A DNA stretch of 32,000 nucleotides from Planctopirus limnophila DSM 3776 (lineage in GTDB: Bacteria; Planctomycetota; Planctomycetia; Planctomycetales; Planctomycetaceae), in the NCBI RefSeq assembly GCF_000092105.1, contig NC_014148.1:2280001-2312000 (forward strand), given 5' to 3'. Positions within the stretch are counted from its first letter, which is position 1. Each line of letters begins with the position of its first letter. A program made the translations under genes and the position numbers. The notes under the pieces were generated by a model. That model was not told the origin of the DNA and searched no databases. It saw only the letters and a list, made by a program, of their open reading frames with translations. This document shows, in pieces, positions 20,671 to 31,019 of the stretch.

Positions 20671-21081
20671 GACAATTTCCCTCTGCGTTACAAATAAGCA
20701 ATCACAAGAACCGACAAGGCTGTGCTACGCCTCAATTTGTCAGGCGAAGCACAGATATTCATCTCTCCAGCATCCCCAAAGATCATAACCCGGCGTGACA
20801 CGCTTGCCGAGTGCTGCCCGTGGGCCACTCTCAGCGATCTGCGGGAATCTATTCACCGTCAGACTTCTCCTCAAAATCCGCATTCAAGATCACATCCCTC
20901 AGAATTCTCCTGACCCGAGCTGCCACAAACTTCAGAACACATTACACAACAACACGTTACATCTTTACCAAGCAGAGTCGCAGTCTGCTGCACCAGTTGA
21001 CTATCATATGGTTCAAGACCTCGGATCAGATTTCAACGTCGGAAATCGAACAAACTTTTTGCTTGAGAACGAAAGATCGCA

Positions 21082-22368
21082 ATGCGAGTGCTGGTCGTCG
21101 GACAAGGTGGTCGTGAACATGCGCTGGTTTACCAACTCAAGCGTTCCCCCTCTGTCACCGAAGTTTACTGTGCCCCTGGAAACCCTGGAACTGGCGTTGA
21201 TGCCACCAACGTCTTCATACAGGCCACAGATACCGCCAAGCTCGTCGAGTTCGCGATCAAGAACAAAATTGATCTCACGGTCGTCGGCCCCGAGATTCCA
21301 CTGGTCAACGGAATCGTTGATGAGTTTCTCAAAAACGACCTGAAAATCTTCGGCCCCACGAAAAAAGCGGCCGAGCTGGAAGGCAGCAAAAAGTTCGCCA
21401 AGGAAATCATGAAAAAGGCGGGCGTCCCTACGGCCGACTTTCGTGTCTTTTCCAATGCCGCCGAAGCGATTTCTTATATTGATGAGCGAACCGACGAACG
21501 CTGCGTTGTCAAAGCCGATGGACTGGCTGCCGGCAAAGGTGTGGTGGTCTGCCAATCCAAAGCCGAAGCCCGCGAAGTGATTAAGAAAATGCTGGTGCAG
21601 AAGCAGTTTGGCACTGCCAGCCAGCAGATTGTGGTCGAAGATTGCCTCATTGGCGAAGAGGCCAGCATTCTGGCTCTGGTCGATGGTTCAACAATTGTTC
21701 CCCTCGAATCGGCTCAGGATCATAAAGCGGCTCACGATGGCGACACCGGCCCCAACACGGGCGGCATGGGGGCCTACAGCCCAGCTCCCATCGTGACTTC
21801 CGAACTGACAGATATCGTTGTCGAGAAGGTTCTCGTGCCGATTGTGCATGAGATGAAGCGGGAAGGGCGGCCATTCCGCGGCTGCCTCTATGCCGGCATT
21901 ATGGTCACGGCCCAGGGCCCGCGGGTCCTGGAGTTCAATGTTCGTTTTGGCGACCCGGAAACTCAGGCTGTGCTCATGCGGCTCAAAAGCGATCTCGGAC
22001 AGGTGCTGCTCGCGTGTGCCTCAGGAACGCTCGATCAACTCGAACCTCTGGAATGGGACCCGCGTCCATCGGTTTGCGTGGTGATGGCGGCTGAAGGCTA
22101 TCCCGGTGATTACAGTAAAGGGAAGCCAATTCGTGGTCTCGATGAAGCGGGCGGACTTCCCGATGTCAAGGTTTTCCATGCAGGGACCAAAATCACTGGC
22201 GAGCATGTGGTCACCGATGGTGGGAGAGTACTCGGTGTCACAGCCGTTGGTGACGACTTACCACAAGCCAAACTGCACGCCTACCAGGCGGTGAAATGCA
22301 TCCGCTGGGACGGCGCCTGGTGCCGCAAAGACATTTCGGACAAGGCGATTCGCAAGTCGGTTAAGTAG
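21082..22368 (+). CDS. purD: Phosphoribosylamine--glycine ligase
   Basis: MRVLVVGQGGREHAL, an ATP-grasp core (VVKADGLAAGKGV), VLEFNVRFGDPE and a C-terminal HAGT...GGRVLGVTA. Confidence 0.97.
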   Translation: MRVLVVGQGGREHALVYQLKRSPSVTEVYCAPGNPGTGVDATNVFIQATDTAKLVEFAIKNKIDLTVVGPEIPLVNGIVDEFLKNDLKIFGPTKKAAELEGSKKFAKEIMKKAGVPTADFRVFSNAAEAISYIDERTDERCVVKADGLAAGKGVVVCQSKAEAREVIKKMLVQKQFGTASQQIVVEDCLIGEEASILALVDGSTIVPLESAQDHKAAHDGDTGPNTGGMGAYSPAPIVTSELTDIVVEKVLVPIVHEMKREGRPFRGCLYAGIMVTAQGPRVLEFNVRFGDPETQAVLMRLKSDLGQVLLACASGTLDQLEPLEWDPRPSVCVVMAAEGYPGDYSKGKPIRGLDEAGGLPDVKVFHAGTKITGEHVVTDGGRVLGVTAVGDDLPQAKLHAYQAVKCIRWDGAWCRKDISDKAIRKSVK

Positions 22369-22560
22369 CCTTCTTCCAACTGATAGAGCGAATTTTGACC
22401 ATCTTCAAGTTTGGTCGATCTATTTTCGTTACTGGAGAATTCGGTTAAAAAAAGAAGCTCCCCACTGTACTTCGAGAAAAAAGAGTTCATGAAAGCGCCT
22501 CGTCTTGGCAGCGTAAGACCTTAGCTTTACAAGCCAATTGATATGCGAGAGCCGCCATAC

Positions 22561-23001
22561 CTACTTGAAATCCGGTCGAGCACTGGTCTGAATCAGTACC
22601 GGTGAATTGACATCGGTGATATCGTAGAGGTTGACGGATGCACGAGAAAGGCCATATCGCAAATGGTAGTGTCGCCCTGCCATTGCATCGAAAGTCAGGG
22701 GATAGAAGTCATACGGCTCCCGATCAGCAACGACTTGTAAGGTCGTGGCTCCAGTCGAAATTCTATATTGCTCTTTAGAGCGCCAGAACGAAGTTGGCTG
22801 AGAGTTAATCGCGAACACAATCGGCCCGCGATCTCCCCAGTACAGTCGAGCGTCAGCAGTCACCAAAGCGTGAGGAGTATTGGCGTCAACGTTCGAAAAT
22901 TGATTCTGTTTGGCACAACTCGAAACGGTAACCACAGCAAAGCATACCGACATCATTAAAGCTTGCGTGGTTCGATCGCCGGATGAAACTTTCCTCATCA
23001 T
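22561..23001 (-). CDS. Hypothetical small lipoprotein
   Basis: 146 aa. MMSVCFAVVTVSSC reads as a lipoprotein signal with a lipobox-like VSSC. No family recognised. Confidence 0.55.
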   Translation of the reverse strand: MMRKVSSGDRTTQALMMSVCFAVVTVSSCAKQNQFSNVDANTPHALVTADARLYWGDRGPIVFAINSQPTSFWRSKEQYRISTGATTLQVVADREPYDFYPLTFDAMAGRHYHLRYGLSRASVNLYDITDVNSPVLIQTSARPDFK

Positions 23002-23274
23002 TCATTGCCTGATAACTGACTCAGCAGCAACGGGCCACCGCCAAACCCATCATTCACAACTCACTCACTAACAGCTTCGGTTACCCCTAACGGACAACTG
23101 CCTCTTCGCTGTGCCGCTTCAAGTTTTTAGCCCATTGCCTGCCGCATTTTGCTTTCCATCATTTCGATGGTTATGCTCGACGCCATAGGGCATACCTGAT
23201 GACAGGAATTGTCGCTCGTGGCATGCATGAAACGTGCTATGATCGTAAGAACATTTTAAGAAGTCCAGAAGTTT

Positions 23275-25116
23275 ATGTCATCTCCAGCAAATTCACGATT
23301 TCAGGTCGATCTGCGAGGTATGATCGAACTTTTATCAGAACACCTTTATAGCAGCCCATCTGTTTTTGTCAGAGAGTTATTACAAAACTCGGTCGATGCG
23401 ATTTCCGCCCGACGGTTGATTGATTCGACACATACGGGGTCTATCGAGATCGAACTGACTGGCGAAGGCACAAACTCTCCGACGATTGTGATTACAGATA
23501 CAGGCATAGGTCTGAATCTCGAAGAAATCGAGCAATTCCTGGCGACCATTGGAGGTTCCTCCAAACGTGCAACGGTTGATCGCCCGGCAGACTTTCTAGG
23601 CCAATTTGGTATTGGCTTGCTCGCCTGCTTCCTGGTCACCGATGAAATTGTGGTCATTACACGCTCTGCAAAACCTGCCTCGGATCAAAACCAATCTACA
23701 ACGGGTCTGGAGTGGCGCGGCAAAGCGGATGGAACCTACACTGTCCGTCAACTCAGCACCGAGATCATGCCGGGTACACAAGTTTTTTTGAAACCCAAAG
23801 CGTCGGCCATCTCATTTTACAGACGTGACAAACTGGAAGGGCTGTTACGCAACTTTGGAGATTTCCTTTATCCACCGATCCATTTCCTTTGTGGTACGAC
23901 TTTTCAGCTGATCAACCGAGATTTTCCCTGGAACTCTTCGGGAGAATTTCACTCCCGTACAGACCTGCTGGCCTTTGGAAAGACACTTTTTGATGTGGAA
24001 TTCATTGATGCAATTCCCATCCGCTCCGAATCTGGCAAAGCCAGCGGTGTCGCTTACCTATTGCCCAACGAAGTCTCTGCAGGTGTGCGGCAACAACACC
24101 GTGTCTATCTCAAAGGAATGCTTGTCTCGGACAAGATCGATAATATCCTGCCGGAATGGGCGTTCTTCGCACGCTGCGTGATCAATGCCGAAGAATTAAG
24201 ACCTACCGCCTCGCGGGAAATGTTTTATACCAACGATATCTACGATCAAACTCGCAATGAACTTGGGGAATCGATTCGCCAGTACCTGATCCGCATGAAA
24301 CGATTAGATCCCTTGCGTCTTCAAGAACTCGTCCATATTCACAGTCTCGCGATTCGATCACTTTGCACCCACGACGATGAGTGCCTTAATCTGTTTGCCG
24401 ATTTACTACCCTTTGAAACGACTCTTGGAGTCATGACATTGGGAGATTTTATTAAAGAGAATCAACTGGTACGTTACGTTCCGTCCATTGATCAGTTTCG
24501 CCAGTTAGCTCCTGTTACGACAGCCGAAGGCATTCATCTGTTGAATGCCGGCCATATTTATGATGAACAGATTCTGCTACGCTGTGCCCAGTTACGATCG
24601 GATATTCAGATCGAAGCCTTCGACTCCGGCCAGTTAGCTGACCGCCTGGAATCGTTGACTTTCAAGGAACGGGAAGATTCTTTCGAGTTAGCAAAGATTG
24701 CAGACCTCGTACTGAGGGAGTACCAATGTGAATCTGAAATCGTAAAATTCCATCCGATGGAGCTACCATCACTTTATATCCAGGGTACTAATTCTGAACT
24801 TCTGAGACTGGTAGACCAGGGAAGTGAATCTCAAGATCCTCTATTCAGCTCGATTCTTGGAAATTTCGCTCGATCCGTAGAATCTGGGTACGCCCGTCTG
24901 CAGCTAAATTATCGAAATCCATTAATTCAAAGAATTGCCAAACTCTCGAACCGACAAGGTCAAACCTATTGTATTGAAATGCTGTTCGTTCAAGCACTTC
25001 TGATGGCTCGTGTTCCTCTGCGCCAGAAAGAAACACGCCTGCTCAATCGAAGCCTGCTGGGAATGATCGAATGGTCACTTGATGAGCGGAAGGGAGACGA
25101 GTGTGAGTCATTCTGA
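23275..25116 (+). CDS. HSP90-family protein (HtpG paralogue with a GHKL ATPase N-domain and Hsp90 middle domain)
   Basis: GHKL motifs ELLQNSVDA (ExxxNxxD), ITDTGIGL (DxGxG) and LGQFGIGLLACF. The middle-domain segment FFARCVINAEELRPTASREMFY aligns by eye with HtpG [21 protein letters not shown], which carries the catalytic Arg. At 613 aa the length is similar to HtpG. Confidence 0.9.
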   Translation: MSSPANSRFQVDLRGMIELLSEHLYSSPSVFVRELLQNSVDAISARRLIDSTHTGSIEIELTGEGTNSPTIVITDTGIGLNLEEIEQFLATIGGSSKRATVDRPADFLGQFGIGLLACFLVTDEIVVITRSAKPASDQNQSTTGLEWRGKADGTYTVRQLSTEIMPGTQVFLKPKASAISFYRRDKLEGLLRNFGDFLYPPIHFLCGTTFQLINRDFPWNSSGEFHSRTDLLAFGKTLFDVEFIDAIPIRSESGKASGVAYLLPNEVSAGVRQQHRVYLKGMLVSDKIDNILPEWAFFARCVINAEELRPTASREMFYTNDIYDQTRNELGESIRQYLIRMKRLDPLRLQELVHIHSLAIRSLCTHDDECLNLFADLLPFETTLGVMTLGDFIKENQLVRYVPSIDQFRQLAPVTTAEGIHLLNAGHIYDEQILLRCAQLRSDIQIEAFDSGQLADRLESLTFKEREDSFELAKIADLVLREYQCESEIVKFHPMELPSLYIQGTNSELLRLVDQGSESQDPLFSSILGNFARSVESGYARLQLNYRNPLIQRIAKLSNRQGQTYCIEMLFVQALLMARVPLRQKETRLLNRSLLGMIEWSLDERKGDECESF

Positions 25117-26194
25117 AACACTCCAAAGTCGAGCGGATACGCTGCAAGCGTTCGCCCTGAATCATGGTGTCAGCCCTGAAGCATATCTGGCCTGGAAAGA
25201 AGTCGCTCAATTACGCGAGGAGATCGGCGATCATGACGGGTTGTTATACGCTAAAATCCGCTGGGGAATGACATGTAGCTTTAGCGGGCATGGCGCGGAG
25301 TCATTGCCTCTACTTGCCTGGTGCCTGTCTCAGTGTGAAACCGACGCAAAAATGATGCAGCGATACCGCAGCCATCTCCTCACGTTTTTTCGCAATGTGG
25401 CTGGAGGTGTTGCGGATTACGATACTTTATCGCTCCACCAGATCGAACAACTGATCAAACGCCTGCAGCAGCATATGACGTCGGGTCATTCTGGACAACG
25501 GGAAATTGCGTTTATACGCTTTACACTTGCCAGTCACACGGGTCATATCAAACGAGCAGAAGAAGCCTATCGGGAATTCATTGATTCACCACGAGATTTG
25601 TATTCTCGCTGCCAGGCCTGCGAGACAGATGGAGTCATTCAGTATTTGCTTTTCAAACAAAACTGGGAAGAAGCAATCGCACAAGCTCAACCCGCACTCA
25701 AAGGTCTGGCCACGTGTGCAGAAGTCCCTCACAGAACAATTGCGTATGTCCTGCAACCTCACGCGCTTCTGGGCCGTTATGAAGAAGCCGACGCTTTGCA
25801 GAAGCGAGGCTACCGCTTAATCCGCAACAATCCAAGATTCTTAAGACATCAAGCACTGCATATTGCCTATCTTCGACATCGAGGGAGATTCGTTGCTGCA
25901 CTCAATATGATCGAACGCCATTTCCGAAGTGCAGATGAGACACTCATCCCGCTCAGTCAGCTTTACTTCTTCGTCGCCATGCGAAAGGTACTACAAGAGG
26001 TCGCTTTTCAAAAATCACGCGTCAAACTTTCGCTTGGAGTTGATTTGCCTGGCCTGCAATCCGATGGATATCAGGAGATCGCCCCGCTTCTGGGTTGGCT
26101 CAATTCACGTATCGAATCAAGATTTACGTCTTTTGATCGTCGTAACGAAACGAGTTATATCTCCCAATTGATGCCCAAAGACTTTATCTACTGA
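25103..26194 (+). CDS. Hypothetical all-helical, TPR-like protein translationally coupled to the HSP90 paralogue
   Basis: Taken from ORF 25079..26194. The GTG at 25103 is preceded by GGGAGA 5 nt upstream; an alternative ATG at 25082 has no SD. The gene overlaps the upstream gene by 14-35 nt. Helix-pair repeats appear about every 35-40 aa (GHIKRAEEAYREFI, QNWEEAIAQAQPAL, GRYEEADALQKRGY, GRFVAALNMIERHF). No named family recognised. Confidence 0.7.
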   Translation: MSHSETLQSRADTLQAFALNHGVSPEAYLAWKEVAQLREEIGDHDGLLYAKIRWGMTCSFSGHGAESLPLLAWCLSQCETDAKMMQRYRSHLLTFFRNVAGGVADYDTLSLHQIEQLIKRLQQHMTSGHSGQREIAFIRFTLASHTGHIKRAEEAYREFIDSPRDLYSRCQACETDGVIQYLLFKQNWEEAIAQAQPALKGLATCAEVPHRTIAYVLQPHALLGRYEEADALQKRGYRLIRNNPRFLRHQALHIAYLRHRGRFVAALNMIERHFRSADETLIPLSQLYFFVAMRKVLQEVAFQKSRVKLSLGVDLPGLQSDGYQEIAPLLGWLNSRIESRFTSFDRRNETSYISQLMPKDFIY

Positions 26195-26365
26195 TAACAA
26201 GTATTTAGAACGAATTTCTCCACAGCGTCTCGTTGCTGATCCAGAATCTAATTACGCTGTCTCAAAGCGCCTTGAGACCAGATCCCAACGATTCGGGACG
26301 ATTTGACCTGATTGATCATCCCTCCCACTCTTCAGACACAATCTGGGAGGCCACAAAAAATACAT

Positions 26366-26396
26366 CAACAGTTGCTGAGTTGTTGTTTTTCATTTT
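26366..26396 (+). terminator. Possible weak intrinsic terminator after the HSP90-partner pair
   Basis: CAACAGTT/GCTG/AGTTGTTG forms an 8-bp stem including 2 G-U pairs, with a tetraloop. It is followed by TTTTTCATTTT and lies about 170 nt past the stop at 26194. Confidence 0.35.
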
Positions 26397-26556
26397 GCCC
26401 CAGTCGTTTTTCGATAAACCGGTTGACTCAGGGCACTGGCTCGTTTTACGGTCAATAGACGATCTTCGGGTGAGGATGCTGCTCAACGAGCCCGTGAGTG
26501 AATTGTCCGAACTGGGTATCTCCTGGTGAGATCTCCTGACTTTTACAGGAGAAACC

Positions 26557-29121
<2,565 letters not shown>

Positions 29122-29193
29122 CCATCGGCTTCGTCTTGGTGTGTTTTTCTCAACTGAGGCGTCAACGATCAGGCGTCCCACTTGATCATCACT

Positions 29194-29237
29194 CAGCACG
29201 AATCTGCATCATGATTGCCATGGTGCGATTCGTGCTG
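29194..29237 (+). repeat. Long inverted repeat / RNA hairpin between the M1 peptidase gene and eat
   Basis: Paired by hand. There are 11 perfect bp (CAGCACGAATC with GATTCGTGCTG), then a 1-nt bulge (T29205), then 8 more bp (GCATCATG with CATGGTGC, including one G-U). The loop is the 5-nt ATTGC. The downstream U-tract is poor (GCATTTGG). Confidence 0.6.
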
Positions 29238-29487
29238 GCATTTGGTCTCCATGATCTTCGCCAATCATTCATGAAACGAGATCAATCACAGACGATGCCC
29301 AATGGGCACATGTGCATAGAGCTCATCAACAAGATCAATTTCACAAAACTTGCTTCTCAATGGATCGAACGAAAGGTAACGTGCCTGATCGTTCGGTGAT
29401 GCGCCCTCACCGGGATGACGTGCTCGGATTGTCGTGGTTTCTGGCATTTGGCCTGGAACTTGACGGATTTGCGAGGGTTACAGCGAG

Positions 29488-30975
29488 ATGTCACCTCATG
29501 GATTAGCTACAGCCGGCCAGGCACCAGAACTCCAGAAGAGTCTAGGGCCGTGGACACTCTGGGGATTGGGTGTCGGCTATGTGATTGCTGGTGAGTATTT
29601 CGGCTGGAACATTGGTTTGCCAGCTGGTGGCACCGGCGGCTTACTGATCGCCTTCGTGTTGGTCACCATCCTCTACATCGCATTCGTCTTCAGCTACGCC
29701 GAATTGGCTTGCGCCTTACCGAAGGCGGGCGGTGGTTTTGTCTATGCACTCCGCGGGCTGGGGCCTTATGGCGGCTTCCTCACAGGAATTGCCCAACTGA
29801 TTGAGTTTGTTTTTGCCCCACCAGCGATCGCGATGGCACTCGGAGCGTATGCGGTTACAAACTGGCCGGGCATTGACCCGAAGCTGGTCGCTGTCGGAGC
29901 ACTCACCGCGTTCACGCTGCTCAATCTGGCAGGTGTGAAGCAAGCTGCTCTCTTCGAACTGGTGGTGACGATTCTGGCTGTCGCAGAGTTGCTACTCTTT
30001 ATGGGAGTGACTGCACCACATGTCCGTGCGGAGCATCTGCTGGCGAATGCCTGGCCCAGCGGCTGGACAGGAGTCATCGCTGCCTTACCTTTTGCTGTCT
30101 GGTTTTATCTGGCAATTGAAGGAGTTGCGAACGCCGCTGAGGAAACCAAAAACCCTCAGCGAAACGTACTGATTGGCTTTGGTACCGCCTTGGCCACACT
30201 GGTGTTTCTCGCTGGTGGAGTGCTGATTTGTGCCGTCGGTGTCGGTGGTTGGGAACGTGTGGTCTATCAGCCAGAGCAGGTTTCTGTAGTTGAAAGCTCC
30301 CTGATGATCGCCGAACCCGGCAAGATGTCAGATAGCCCGCTCCCCCTGGCTTTGGGCCAGATCATGCCAAGTACTCATCCGTTGTATCAACTTCTCATTG
30401 GGATTGGTGGCCTGGGGCTGATTTGCAGTTTGAACGGGATTATCTTCGCTGCAGGACGATCCATTTTTGAGATGGGCCGTGCGGGATATCTCCCCTCACG
30501 ACTGGCAGCCATTCAGCCGCGAACTCACGCTCCCTGGAGCTCACTGCTTGCCAATTGGGGGCTGGGAACGCTGGCTGTATTGTTCTTTGATACAGCAGGT
30601 ATGATCACGATCTCTGCGATGGGAGCAGCACTGCTCTACATTCTCTCGATGGAGGCTCTGGTGCAACTCCGCCGGAAGGAGCCGCATCTGCCACGTCCTT
30701 ATCGGGTGCCATGTTATCCTTTCATGCCCCGGCTAGCTCAATGGCTATCGATCGTGCTGCTAATCGCCATGTTGTGGCAAAACCTGAATCTGGGTAACTG
30801 GAAAGCCTCGTTGAGCCTGCATTTTCTGATTTGTCTGCTGCTGGCGACAAGTTACTACCTGTTGATCATTCGCCCCAGACTTGTCATCGTGCAAAATCCA
30901 TCACAAATCACCCCGGAATTCCATAATCCAGGTCCTGGAGAACCAGGCGTCTGCGAACTGCGAGTCAATGATTAA
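29488..30975 (+). CDS. eat: Ethanolamine permease (APC superfamily)
   Basis: The N-terminal LGPWTLWGLGVGYVIAGEYFGWN is characteristic of ethanolamine permeases. The protein has about 12 TM segments. It sits immediately upstream of eutB on the same strand. Confidence 0.85.
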   Translation: MSPHGLATAGQAPELQKSLGPWTLWGLGVGYVIAGEYFGWNIGLPAGGTGGLLIAFVLVTILYIAFVFSYAELACALPKAGGGFVYALRGLGPYGGFLTGIAQLIEFVFAPPAIAMALGAYAVTNWPGIDPKLVAVGALTAFTLLNLAGVKQAALFELVVTILAVAELLLFMGVTAPHVRAEHLLANAWPSGWTGVIAALPFAVWFYLAIEGVANAAEETKNPQRNVLIGFGTALATLVFLAGGVLICAVGVGGWERVVYQPEQVSVVESSLMIAEPGKMSDSPLPLALGQIMPSTHPLYQLLIGIGGLGLICSLNGIIFAAGRSIFEMGRAGYLPSRLAAIQPRTHAPWSSLLANWGLGTLAVLFFDTAGMITISAMGAALLYILSMEALVQLRRKEPHLPRPYRVPCYPFMPRLAQWLSIVLLIAMLWQNLNLGNWKASLSLHFLICLLLATSYYLLIIRPRLVIVQNPSQITPEFHNPGPGEPGVCELRVND

Positions 30976-31019
30976 CCAATTCTGTGTCAGCCAATACCAT
31001 GCCGATGAAATGAGTCCTT

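Noticed and set aside
20760-20850. Lysine-riboswitch-like fragments on the minus strand (TGTCAC ... TGGAGAGAT) and ZTP-like fragments on the plus strand (CGTGAC ... CCCGTGGGCC)
   Set aside because: - The matches are short.
- The spacing is far too compact for an L-box of about 175 nt.
- The ZTP pseudoknot partners are not present.
- The site lies about 270 nt from the purD start.
- The similarity is probably chance.
21013-21555. 180 aa ORF on the minus strand over the purD 5' end
   Set aside because: It is antisense to an unambiguous PurD.
23002-23274. Heat-shock control elements upstream of the HSP90 paralogue (sigma-32-type promoter, CIRCE, HAIR)
   Set aside because: - CTTCAAG and CCCATT occur, but only 7 nt apart, which is the wrong spacing for a sigma-32 promoter.
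- No TTAGCACTC-N9-GAGTGCTAA or CTTGAGT-N7-ACTCAAG inverted repeats are present.
26233-26529. 98 aa plus-strand ORF (TTG start) and the overlapping 163 aa minus-strand ORF 26316..26807, both between the HSP90 partner and the M1 peptidase
   Set aside because: - The plus-strand ORF has no ATG or SD and an odd composition.
- It contains a terminator-like hairpin plus T-run at 26366-26396.
- The minus-strand ORF overlaps the M1 peptidase signal-peptide region.
- I treat the interval as intergenic.
29122-29487. Possible adenosylcobalamin riboswitch or ANTAR-type dual hairpins upstream of eat-eutB
   Set aside because: - I found no B12-box-like GCCACTG core or the surrounding conserved cobalamin-riboswitch segments.
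- The hairpins present do not have the paired hexaloops expected of ANTAR targets.
- This needs a covariance-model scan to be definitive.
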